NCBI GenBank assembly: GCA_963730935.1
Contig: CAVSTP010000004.1
Span: 1,120,001 to 1,184,000, forward strand
DNA length: 64,000 nucleotides
Direction of reading: 5' to 3'
Origin: an uncultured Nitrospiraceae bacterium
GTDB taxonomy: Bacteria > Nitrospirota > Nitrospiria > Nitrospirales > Nitrospiraceae
Shown here: one piece after another, positions 44,328 through 53,886 of the stretch
Numbering within the stretch: position 1 is the stretch's first letter
How the letters are laid out: each line of letters begins with the position of its first letter
Notes under the pieces: generated by a model
Told to the model about the DNA's origin: nothing
Database searches by the model: none
What the model saw: only the letters and a program-made list of their open reading frames with translations
Made by a program: the position numbers and the translations under genes

Positions 44328-45936
44328 CGCGGCGCCTAGCCTTGTGAACATGGGATGAAGTGATGTTCCTGGTTCTCTCTGACAGAGGGAATTCGCTCAC
44401 TTCCCATCTATACTTTTCAGCCGTTTGATTCACACAAAAACAAAAAAGAGCGCCTTCCAGATGCGACCATAGCAATTTGAATTGGAACTTCCGTCTTCGG
44501 ACTTTGGAAATAACTCGCTCAGCATAATGAACAAGAACAAAGCGCTGCTCCGATTTCAGCATCAGAATTGAGTTCACCCAGCGAACGATCGGCCACATCA
44601 TTGCGCTATATCTTCCCATGATCTTTTCGTCCAGCAAGTACTGAAAGAACTCACGCCTTAGTGTCTTGCCATACGGTATAGACGGAAGATGAAAGATGAC
44701 CACTGAACCCATTTTGGACTGGCCAAACATGTGCCGAGGTATACCGGCCTCTTCAGCAATCCGTCTGGCGATAGGTCGGTCATAATCGTTTCTTAAGCGC
44801 CAGGGATCCATCTCTGCTGACTCCGTAATTTTGACGATATCTGCTTTTCTCCTTGCTCCAATGAATGGCACTGGCAGGTGGATAAAGCCGACGACAAGAC
44901 GGAGCTCGGCCAGACCGTGCCCAGCTACATCAAGCCTTTTTATTGTGGAGTCCGCCATGAGCGGCGGATCGACAAAGGGATCGTTTGCACAAAGAATTTC
45001 TCCGTGCACTCCCGTCAGAAGGACTCCCGGGTTCGTGATGTGTCTATTGATTTCTTTTAGATTGACGTCCTGATTGTGGTGACGAGCGCAGTAATACAGG
45101 TACTCTTCGTCGAATGATTCCGTGAACGCGCGTCTATTCATGGGAATGCACTTGAGTCCAAGCGCGTTGCAGATCTCGGTGCCGTCATCGTCTGGTGATT
45201 TGCCTTCATCGTTATGTACCAAATGAATTTTGCTCTTTGCCGTCGTGACAGTGAAGACCTTGTCGAGTCCATGGATGCTGGCCATCGCATTGATAGAAGT
45301 CGTATCATACCCCTTCGATTGAGTAGACCAGATTTCAAGCTGATGGGTCCGAGACGTATCCCTTGCATTCGCAGCTATGAGCGCATAATTGTCACGTCGA
45401 TAGTTCCTGTAGTCCTCGAAAGACTGGAACCTCGGCGGCATACGTTTGTCAGATTCACTGATGCGATCTCCAAAAACATCCAGGTTCCGGTACATCTGAC
45501 GTCGTATTCTGCCCTTCACCGTCGGTATGTCGCGCCGGTACCCATCAATCCCGTCCAGGAATGAATCGCAGATGCTCGGAAACTCCTGGCACCGGGGATC
45601 AAGCGCATCATCACGGTATGCGAGGATCAGTGCCAAGGAATTGGATACCGTTATGCCGATTGCGCTTTCAGCATAGTACAAGCAATCGACGGTTGATGCG
45701 CTCGTTACGAATCGTATCGATGTATCGCCAAGAATTGCGCCGGTTCCAAACACACAGTCCGTCTCGCCGAAGTTGCCGCTTTCGAACGGCCCGTTCCATA
45801 CCCCCTCGATAAAAAAGTCTTCTTGGATCTCGACTGACGAGCCGTGTTGAAGGAATACTACGCCGTTTTTTCGGTGTACTTCCGCAACCCAGGCGAGTTT
45901 CGGCAGCGATGGAACGGCAACCGCTTTAAGTTGCAT
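44308..45936 (-). CDS. Uncharacterised PP-loop / asparagine-synthetase-like protein, paralog A
   Basis: 'STQSKGYDTT', 'LLTGVHGE', 'YDRPIARRIAEEAG'. Confidence 0.6.
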   Translation of the reverse strand: MQLKAVAVPSLPKLAWVAEVHRKNGVVFLQHGSSVEIQEDFFIEGVWNGPFESGNFGETDCVFGTGAILGDTSIRFVTSASTVDCLYYAESAIGITVSNSLALILAYRDDALDPRCQEFPSICDSFLDGIDGYRRDIPTVKGRIRRQMYRNLDVFGDRISESDKRMPPRFQSFEDYRNYRRDNYALIAANARDTSRTHQLEIWSTQSKGYDTTSINAMASIHGLDKVFTVTTAKSKIHLVHNDEGKSPDDDGTEICNALGLKCIPMNRRAFTESFDEEYLYYCARHHNQDVNLKEINRHITNPGVLLTGVHGEILCANDPFVDPPLMADSTIKRLDVAGHGLAELRLVVGFIHLPVPFIGARRKADIVKITESAEMDPWRLRNDYDRPIARRIAEEAGIPRHMFGQSKMGSVVIFHLPSIPYGKTLRREFFQYLLDEKIMGRYSAMMWPIVRWVNSILMLKSEQRFVLVHYAERVISKVRRRKFQFKLLWSHLEGALFCFCVNQTAEKYRWEVSEFPLSERTRNITSSHVHKARRRDAIAIH

Positions 45937-46097
45937 TTATTCTTACCCCTGTATGATCTAGGATGGTTGAGGGGACCGTGCAGTTGATCACACAACTGGA
46001 AACGTCATCAGTAGAGCGTCAAACGTCGCGGACCTAAAAGCCTAGACCGCAGGAGAATATTGGATCTGTGTTCAGCAGAGGTTTTTGAAGGTGTGTA

Positions 46098-47069
46098 CTA
46101 TCCCAATTCCGGAGACGTCAGCCATTTCTCCCCTAACCTCAAGTCCCAAATTTTAGGACTCATCGTTAATGAACCGGCAGGAGTAAACGTATACTCGCCA
46201 AAGTATGTTTTCTCTTTGACGCTGTACAGATCAACGCGGACGAACCCAAAGCCCATAGATAATTTCGACGCCATCGACAGCATTTGGTCCAAATTTGCCG
46301 GCTTCGGAACAGCAGGCCTTGCTACACCCGGCCTATAATGAAGATCGAGAAGATTCCATTTTGTGTCAAAAAAAGGATTGATATCATGAGCGCGATTGTC
46401 CACTTGAATAACCTCCGGCACCCCCTCAAAACACCAGAATCGATAATCCAGTGGACCGCTGCCATCCTCGTTTTTCAGGTACTCCTCGATCATGATTCGA
46501 GGCTTGATGTCATAGTATTGATGCTCTCGTCCTGCCCAATAGTAGTTGCTTTTCAACCACTCGCTTAGTTTTTCAATGATCCCCTTCCTGTCAGCCTTTC
46601 CCTTCACGACGATAACTCGTGCGCTGCCATGATTGGTCTTTACGACATACTCAGCAGGCAACGCATCAAAGGGTATAGCGTCCGGATCTGTGCCGTGCCA
46701 AAAAAGCCTTACTAAATGCTCCTGCCCGATCTTCTTCGCCACGTGATCTCGCGCCGTATACTTGTCGGCGAGTTGCGTAAAGATCGGGGCGTGCCCCCGG
46801 TTCCATGAGATCATTCTGCAATACAGCTTCTCGCTGAACGTCTCAGGAATGTTCATATTGAGCGGCTTTCCAGTTCCGCTGATATACTGTTGTAGCAGCA
46901 ATCGTTCGCCCTCGAATCGACGCAACAAATGTCTTTTAAGATTCCGAAGTTTATTCAATAGATGATGAATCCACGTGTCGCGTAGCATTGATGCGACGTA
47001 GCTGTGAAACCCTTGATGCTGCGACATAACGTTTTCCTGATTCGGAACAGCGATCTCGGTGCGAATCAT
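46098..47069 (-). CDS. TupA-like ATP-grasp amidoligase
   Basis: 'TFSEKL', 'LADKY', 'VVKTNHGS', 'IMIEEYL', 'DYRFWCF.G', 'FVRVDLY', 'FGEYTFTP'. Confidence 0.88.
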   Translation of the reverse strand: MIRTEIAVPNQENVMSQHQGFHSYVASMLRDTWIHHLLNKLRNLKRHLLRRFEGERLLLQQYISGTGKPLNMNIPETFSEKLYCRMISWNRGHAPIFTQLADKYTARDHVAKKIGQEHLVRLFWHGTDPDAIPFDALPAEYVVKTNHGSARVIVVKGKADRKGIIEKLSEWLKSNYYWAGREHQYYDIKPRIMIEEYLKNEDGSGPLDYRFWCFEGVPEVIQVDNRAHDINPFFDTKWNLLDLHYRPGVARPAVPKPANLDQMLSMASKLSMGFGFVRVDLYSVKEKTYFGEYTFTPAGSLTMSPKIWDLRLGEKWLTSPELG

Positions 47070-48079
47070 ACTAGCTTTTTTTGGGTATAATTCGCTATTT
47101 TCTTATACACCTTTGCCGAGGTGCTTAGCGGATTCACCGCCAACTCGAGCATCTCAGCTAACGTTGCCTTAGCAACTTTTCCCCAGTTCAAGGAATAACC
47201 AAGTCTACCTAGCTCGTCTTTATGGAACTTCCAAAATCCCTTGTCCCTTTTGCCAAAGACTTTGGTACCTAAAAACTTGTAATAAGTCTCCCAGCATCGT
47301 TGGACTGACTGGTTGTATTCGTCATCCGCCAAGTAGCTTCGTCCGTACTTGCTTAAATGCTCTAAGTTCGCAAGGTAGTCGGTCCCGAAGCGGCTGCAAA
47401 AGGCGGTCTCTGACTGGGAATGATCACGTGTGAATGTCAATACTTGATGCACGAAACCATAGTCGCGGTCTCTCAGAATATCGAGGCAGACCTCGATATC
47501 GCAATGAGGGTTAGCTTCGTTGTAAAAAGCAGGGCGTTTTCTCACCTCATTCGAGCGAATCAGCATCGACGTTGGCGATCCGAACACGTAGGGACCGCCT
47601 AAAAGAGTGGTCCTGCAAATTTCTCGGCCAGAGAAGACACTAGCCCCATACGGTAACCCGTCCCAACAGACGCGAACATTGCGCAATCCGTAGGAGCCAA
47701 CGATTGCCACCCTAGGATTCGCTTCTGCCAACTCGACCATCTTCATAATGCATTCAGGGAAGATCCAATCATCAGCATGCACGACCTTACAATACTTACT
47801 CTCCGGGGAGATCTGCCGAAAAGCAATATTTCCATTCGGGTCACATCCAACGAATTCCACGTTATTGTGGATGCGAATCCGTTTGTCTCTTTCTGCATAG
47901 CTCTGCGCGATTTCAAGCGTTCGATCCGTGCTGCAATTGTTGACGATGCAATACTCCCAATTCTGATAGGTTTGCGCCAATACACTGTCGATACACTCCG
48001 CCAAGTATTTCTCTCCGTTATACACTGGCGTGAGCACGCTGACCAATGGTTGCTGCTGATCAGGATTCATTTGTAACAC
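47066..48079 (-). CDS. GT2 glycosyltransferase
   Basis: 'VSVLTPVYNGEKYL', 'NNCSTD', 'HADD'. Confidence 0.9.
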   Translation of the reverse strand: MLQMNPDQQQPLVSVLTPVYNGEKYLAECIDSVLAQTYQNWEYCIVNNCSTDRTLEIAQSYAERDKRIRIHNNVEFVGCDPNGNIAFRQISPESKYCKVVHADDWIFPECIMKMVELAEANPRVAIVGSYGLRNVRVCWDGLPYGASVFSGREICRTTLLGGPYVFGSPTSMLIRSNEVRKRPAFYNEANPHCDIEVCLDILRDRDYGFVHQVLTFTRDHSQSETAFCSRFGTDYLANLEHLSKYGRSYLADDEYNQSVQRCWETYYKFLGTKVFGKRDKGFWKFHKDELGRLGYSLNWGKVAKATLAEMLELAVNPLSTSAKVYKKIANYTQKKLV

Positions 48080-48103
48080 CGACTTCCTCTCATCGATGTG
48101 CCT

Positions 48104-49384
48104 TCAGGGGTCAAGCACGGTTTCCCAATTCAAGAGCGGTCTTACTGCGCCGGGAAAGGGTCCAGCCCATTCGCCGCGTGCCGAGTCGCCTTCACAAGAG
48201 TCAGTAACCATAAACGCTATGGTGTGGCGTTCACAGAACTGTTCGCTTGGCGGCTCTATGGTCCACATTTCCACATCAACGAATATGGTCCCCTCGGCAA
48301 GATAATTACCAGGAATCCAGGCCGTGCTTCGGTAACGCCCGGCCGGCCGGACACGCCCTCGCCAGGCAGGATCGTGCTCAATAGAAACAAACAGGCGCAC
48401 CCCTTCCTCGTCGTGCAATACGACAGCCGGCATCAGTTTGTAACCAGGTTTGAGCACCTCATATTCCATCTCAATACCGACCGGCTTTCGGATATCCATC
48501 CTCTCGCTGGACTGCCCCTCTTCGTTGCGGACTCGTGCGGCCCGAAGCCGAGCGACCTCCCCCCCAGGTGCCTTGCTGGGGGACAGCCATTCGCGAGAGG
48601 ACATCTTACCAAGGTCTGCATTCAGATACGCCTTGACCACATCATGGGAGATCCCATCCCGACATAATTTACCCTCTTCCAAAAACATCACTCGGTTGCA
48701 CAGCCGTGTGACGGCCGGCATGTTATGGCTCACAAAGAAGATCGTGCGCCCTTGCTTTGCCACGCCCTCCATTTTGCCCAAGCATTTCTTTTGAAACGCG
48801 ACGTCTCCTACTGCCAATACCTCATCAACGATGAGGATGTCGGGTTCCAAATGGGCTGCCACAGAAAATGCCAATCGCAGATACATCCCGCTGGAATAAT
48901 GCTTGACTGGAGTGTCGATGAATTGCTCCACGTCGGCAAAGTCCACGATTTCATCAAACTTTCTGGCGATCTCGGCCCGTTTCATTCCCAAAATCGTGCC
49001 ATTCAGATATACGTTCTCTCGTCCAGTGAGTTCACCGTGAAATCCTGTTCCCACTTCGAGTAATGACGACACTCGACCATTGATTTCGATCCGTCCGCAG
49101 GTCGGTTCTGTGATGCGGGAGAGCATCTTGAGCAACGTACTCTTGCCGGCGCCGTTACGCCCGATAATCCCGAGCACTTCACCTTCGTTCACTTGAAACG
49201 AGACATCCTTGAGTGCCCAAAAACTATCCGGCTCCGCGGAATCCGGTTTTCTAGACCCATTTAAGCGGAACATAGACTTCAGGCGGGAGACGAGGTCGTC
49301 ACGGAGAGTGCCATAGGTCTTTTGACGACCACCGATTTTGTATTGTTTCGAAATCCCATCGACCCGGACAGCTATCTGACTCAT
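48104..49384 (-). CDS. wzt: Polysaccharide ABC transporter ATPase with a C-terminal Wzt_C-like domain
   Basis: 'GRNGAGKST', 'YSSGM', 'ILIVDEVLAVGD', 'VSH', plus a long beta-rich C-terminal extension. Confidence 0.93.
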   Translation of the reverse strand: MSQIAVRVDGISKQYKIGGRQKTYGTLRDDLVSRLKSMFRLNGSRKPDSAEPDSFWALKDVSFQVNEGEVLGIIGRNGAGKSTLLKMLSRITEPTCGRIEINGRVSSLLEVGTGFHGELTGRENVYLNGTILGMKRAEIARKFDEIVDFADVEQFIDTPVKHYSSGMYLRLAFSVAAHLEPDILIVDEVLAVGDVAFQKKCLGKMEGVAKQGRTIFFVSHNMPAVTRLCNRVMFLEEGKLCRDGISHDVVKAYLNADLGKMSSREWLSPSKAPGGEVARLRAARVRNEEGQSSERMDIRKPVGIEMEYEVLKPGYKLMPAVVLHDEEGVRLFVSIEHDPAWRGRVRPAGRYRSTAWIPGNYLAEGTIFVDVEMWTIEPPSEQFCERHTIAFMVTDSCEGDSARGEWAGPFPGAVRPLLNWETVLDP

Positions 49385-49464
49385 ATCTATTACTTTCCCG
49401 CTTTATTCAATGCGTCTTACACAAGACCCGAGTTGCGCTCTCACCATCTGGGCGAACGTCCTGC

Positions 49465-50319
49465 TCAAATCACATCAGCAAATTGACGCTCCATCTGCCT
49501 GAAGTAGACCAAGCTGACGAGCAAAAAGACGACAAACACAAGGAAACTCGCTGCCATGACCGTCGGATCAGGAGCCGTTTGTCCAAGCAGTGCCCAGCGG
49601 AAGCCCTCAATCACTCCTGCCATCGGATTGAGACCATAGAGAAACCTCCACTTTTCTGGAACGAGGCTGACAGGATACACAATCGGCGACACAAACATCC
49701 AAATCTGCATCAGAAAGGGAATGGCATGACCAACATCGCGGTACTTCACATTCGTGGCCGAGACCACAAGGCTCACTCCCATGGCTGAAATCATGGCGAT
49801 GAGTATGAAGATAGGCAGAGTCGCTAGCTTCCAAGTGAGTGGGATGCCAGCATAAATGAGCATGCCAAATAACAGAATCAGAGACAATCCAAAATCTACC
49901 AATGGTGCAAGGACCGTTGAGAGGGGGAGCAACATCCGTGGAAAGTAAATCTTATTGACCAGATTGGCATTGCTGACCAGAGCCCCTCCTGCACGGGTGA
50001 CCGCTTGGCTAAAATAGGTCCATGGCAGTAGAGCAGTTAACGCGAAGACGGGGTACCACACACCGTCGGAGGGCATTTTGGCAAGCCCCCCAAAAATCAC
50101 AGTAAAAATCAGCATCGTCACGAGCGGCTGCAGCAACACCCAGCTCATACCGATAGCCGTTTGTTTATAACGTAGTTTGAGCTCTCGCCCAACTAACGCG
50201 TACAACAATTCCCGATATTCCCAGAGTTCAGACCAACCCACATCGAACAGTCCGATTCTCTTCTCGATGATCAGCTTCTTTTTTGAAGAAGGCATTGCTC
50301 GACTGGGAGCTTTCGCCAC
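49465..50319 (-). CDS. wzm: Polysaccharide ABC transporter permease
   Basis: 'RYKQTAIG..W..LQP', 'KIYFPR', 'YRDV', 'SPIVYP', 'LNPM'. Confidence 0.93.
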   Translation of the reverse strand: MAKAPSRAMPSSKKKLIIEKRIGLFDVGWSELWEYRELLYALVGRELKLRYKQTAIGMSWVLLQPLVTMLIFTVIFGGLAKMPSDGVWYPVFALTALLPWTYFSQAVTRAGGALVSNANLVNKIYFPRMLLPLSTVLAPLVDFGLSLILLFGMLIYAGIPLTWKLATLPIFILIAMISAMGVSLVVSATNVKYRDVGHAIPFLMQIWMFVSPIVYPVSLVPEKWRFLYGLNPMAGVIEGFRWALLGQTAPDPTVMAASFLVFVVFLLVSLVYFRQMERQFADVI

Positions 50320-50370
50320 TTACAGACGACTTTACTAACGACCCTGCATCCAATTGCATGCCCTTTCCCC

Positions 50371-51709
50371 CTACTTCCATTCAGCCGTCAGGAATATTGC
50401 CACCGCATTGCGCAACATCGTATAGCCGAAACCTGGTGTCTGAGTCTGGAAATCATTGTGCTCGTAATTGAGATCTACGCTCATCTGCTTCGTCAATCGA
50501 TAATTCAGTCCTGTGAGAATGGAAAAACTCCTAAAGGTGGTGCCTGTCTCGAGAGGAACCGTTTCACTATAGCCGTAGTTTACGCTTCCTCTTAAAGTCA
50601 ATGCCTTTGTGTATCGGTGTATGACCTGTAACTGTGCAAGATTGCTGATCATCGCTCCAGATGTGATGTAGAACGATGGGGACGCTTGTCGTGATAATGT
50701 CAGCTGGACGGTCGTCGACCGTTCAGGATTATTCGAGATGGTAATGTTTCCAGTCGGGAATGCCTTGCTCGCAGGTTCAATCAACGTGACGCCTCCGCCC
50801 ACAGCGAATGTCCAGCTAGGAGTCGTTCTATAATAGTTAGCGGTAACCGATTGTGTATTTGTATTAATCGCCGTCCCTCCGGCCGGCGCGCCGGTCCTGG
50901 GTCTGAGCCTGAGACTGATTTATGAGACTCTGTTGGTACACCAGCGCGACGCTATCTAGCTTCGTCATTTCTAGCCTTGGTCCTACGGACCAGGTGTGGA
51001 CGTTCGTATCAAAGAATTGAATGGCTCCTGACTGAGTTGTATTGATCGGAGAGCCAACTCTGTACACAGAGAAAGCATACCCTCCCTGTATACCTATATC
51101 CCTAAAAATTGGTAAGAACCCATCAGTGTTCAACGTGTTTGAAAATGTATTGGCACGAAACGACTGGATGCCGCGTAGAAATGGATCCTGGGTGTTTGCC
51201 GCACCACCATTCAAGAAACCGGGAGACGTTGGGGTATAACGAAAGTAGTCGTAAATTCGGAGTTGCGCTCCTTTAGCGAAATGTTCCGCCCAACCATTGA
51301 GATTGGCGTAGGCGTCCACACGTGTCGAGATATAATTGAGGCCCTTATTGTGCGCATATACGTTGCCGTCGACTCCTCCAACGAGACTCGCTTCGACATC
51401 TTTATCTTTATGCAACGCTCTGACACTTCCCTGCAAGGTGGTCACAAAATCCCAGAGTTGAGTGCCCGGCGGTAGGAATTGTGCCGGAGCATACCATACG
51501 TTCGAGTCGTAGCGTTCAGAGACCGATAATGCCGGGATGATGCTTGTTCCGGGAGGGGTGGGACCGGGAATAGTGGTTACCTGTGCGCGAGCAATGAGTG
51601 GCTGAAGGGAAACTGTCCCCAAAAGCGCTGTCCACGCAATCAGAGCTATGATTGCGAAATTGACCCGTTGACTGCTCCCTCCACATTTACAATGCAGCAA
51701 CAGCGTCAC
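50371..51709 (-). pseudogene. EPS-associated outer-membrane beta-barrel, one frameshift
   Basis: Signal peptide, 'SVSERYDSNV', amphipathic strands, C-terminal 'FLTAEWK'. Frames join near 50900. Confidence 0.7.
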
Positions 51710-51874
51710 CAGAATACAGGTGAAACACGGCCGTAATCTGGTGACTATCAGAACAGTAGCGGTCCGACAGCCCGATCAGCCTCACAGGATGTAACAGACT
51801 CCCGCTTCTCGTCACGGATGGTCGTTCAGGGCTCAGAATCATATTCAGCCAGGTTTACCTTTTGAAAAGGGTGC

Positions 51875-52477
51875 CTAGGGCACTACCACGGTATCACCCG
51901 GATGCAGCACGATGTTGCCAGGCTCGCCTCGTCCGGACACGAGATCATCATACCGAATGGGAATATGCACCTCTTGCCGCTTGTGGTCTCCATTCTGAGT
52001 GGCCCGTACGACCTGCAATTTGTTTTTCTTGGCCCACTCGGTAAACCCTCCAGCCATAGAGATGGCTTGAAGCACTGTGACGTAGGATTTGAGCTGGAAC
52101 TTTCCGGGTTTTGAGACTTCCCCCAAGACGTATACAGAGTAACTGTTCAGTTCCTTTACGCTGACAGACACCGCTGGGTTCGCAATGTACTGCTTCAGGC
52201 GATCGGCAATACGTTGCGCGAGCGCATCTGCCGTGAGACCCGCCGCTTGCACGTCTCCGACAATCGGCATTGAAATGAGTCCATCAGGTCGGACAGCAGT
52301 GACTCGCGTCAAATCTTTGTTCCCCCATACGGTGATCTCTAACTCATCTTCAGGACCAAGCAAAAAACCGGTGGGAGCCTCATATGCCTTTGGCGCGAGG
52401 TCGGGCCCCAGGCAACCGCCCAGAAGTAACATCGCCCATATCAAGATGCCGCTTAGGAGTCTCATTTCATTGCGCAT
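51875..52477 (-). CDS. Polysaccharide export (Wza/OPX-like) lipoprotein
   Basis: Lipobox 'LLGGC'; 'LGPEDELEITVW', 'VRPDGLISMP', SLBB 'AGGFT', 'LHPGDTVVVP'. Confidence 0.88.
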   Translation of the reverse strand: MRNEMRLLSGILIWAMLLLGGCLGPDLAPKAYEAPTGFLLGPEDELEITVWGNKDLTRVTAVRPDGLISMPIVGDVQAAGLTADALAQRIADRLKQYIANPAVSVSVKELNSYSVYVLGEVSKPGKFQLKSYVTVLQAISMAGGFTEWAKKNKLQVVRATQNGDHKRQEVHIPIRYDDLVSGRGEPGNIVLHPGDTVVVP

Positions 52478-52517
52478 GGGAGTCCCTATGATAAGTGGGT
52501 AGGATTGTTGCTGCATT

Positions 52518-53249
52518 TTACCGGCCTGGAAACACCACCATTGCTTCGCTCGGGACGACAATAGTGTCACCTGACTTCAGCTCAAAGTTTTCATTGATTC
52601 CGCTGCGAAGCACAATTTCATCATAACTCGCCGTCAGTCTTTTCATGCCAGGCGCATTCTCCGTGAACCGGAAGATGACGATTTGATTTCTGGCAGCGGT
52701 CGGGCTGAATCCTCCAGCTACCGTAATACTCTGTAGCAATGTCGTTTTGCTCTTGAGGGGAAATTTGCCAGAGTTCTTGACTTCCCCAAGCACAAAAAAA
52801 TTCGAGCTATTTACCTGATTTAAGCTTACAGCGACGACAGGATTTTGCACATACTCCTTCAGCTTATTGGTCATTTCTTCAGCTAATTGAGTGGGCGTCT
52901 TTCCAACAGCGACGATGTCACGAATGATTGGCAGGGATACTCGCCCATCCGGACGAACTTGGACGATCTTAGACAGGTCTGGATTTCTCCAGACCGTGAT
53001 CTCCAGCATGTCTTCTGCTCCGATGATGTACTCGCTGCTGACGGCGTTTGAGAGTTTTTCCATCACTTGCGGGGAAAGATTGCCATCCTTGTTTACCTGA
53101 GCGGTTTTTTCGTTGGGGGCAGAAGATGGACCATCAGCCGGCGTTTTAGCCTGGCCGACTGCCATGATAGGACCAGACTCGGAGATTCCAAGACGCGGAG
53201 CCCACAACACCGAAAGCAAGACCATCAAAGCGAATAACATGCGTTCCAT
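52518..53249 (-). CDS. Second polysaccharide export (Wza/OPX-like) protein
   Basis: 'IGAEDMLEITVW', 'VRPDGRVSLP', 'LKSGDTIVVP'; GAGGAGG RBS before ATG 53249. Confidence 0.88.
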   Translation of the reverse strand: MERMLFALMVLLSVLWAPRLGISESGPIMAVGQAKTPADGPSSAPNEKTAQVNKDGNLSPQVMEKLSNAVSSEYIIGAEDMLEITVWRNPDLSKIVQVRPDGRVSLPIIRDIVAVGKTPTQLAEEMTNKLKEYVQNPVVAVSLNQVNSSNFFVLGEVKNSGKFPLKSKTTLLQSITVAGGFSPTAARNQIVIFRFTENAPGMKRLTASYDEIVLRSGINENFELKSGDTIVVPSEAMVVFPGR

Positions 53250-53334
53250 AAAAGTATAGCCCTCCTCTCTTTGCAGCAACCGATAATTTGAGAATGCTGC
53301 GTATCTCACTCGGCCAGAAGTCGGGTGCACCTGC

Positions 53335-53886
53335 TCATCGCGCCAGACAAAGATCCAGATCAATGGACGCTGGAGCGACACTGTCTGCATTAATTTCAAT
53401 CGCGACGGCACGCTGAATAAGAGTGATGCTCAGAACCAGACGGGCATGTCTTGCCTCGCGCACTAGACGACCTTTTACACCTTGTAGTGGGCCATGCACG
53501 ACTTCAACGAGCATGCCTTCCTTGAGATACGGATGATACGCGAATTCTGACGAATTATTTAGGACTTTCCTCAACGAATCGATTTCTTCATCCGGGATTG
53601 GCTCAGCTCGCGCTGCAGATCCGACAAAGCACACCACACCTTGAGATTGAAGCACCGTGAGCCGATCCGCCCAACGCAATCTTGCAAAGCAGTATCCTGG
53701 AAAGAGCGGAACCTCCACCTCCTTTTTCCTATCCGACCATTGGTTGAGTCGCTTTGTCGTAGGGAGGAAGTGCTCAATATTTCGTCTTGCCAACTGGTCA
53801 CGAACGAGTTTTTCATGCCGAGAGAGAGTCCGAACCGCAAACCAGGAGGAACGGTCAGAGTCATCGCTATACGGGACCACAACCAT
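53335..53886 (-). CDS. NusG-paralog transcription antiterminator (UpxY/LoaP/RfaH-like)
   Basis: NGN domain 'WFAVRTLSRHEK', 'PLFPGYCF'; KOW domain 'GMLVEVVHGPLQG.KG'. Confidence 0.9.
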   Translation of the reverse strand: MVVVPYSDDSDRSSWFAVRTLSRHEKLVRDQLARRNIEHFLPTTKRLNQWSDRKKEVEVPLFPGYCFARLRWADRLTVLQSQGVVCFVGSAARAEPIPDEEIDSLRKVLNNSSEFAYHPYLKEGMLVEVVHGPLQGVKGRLVREARHARLVLSITLIQRAVAIEINADSVAPASIDLDLCLAR

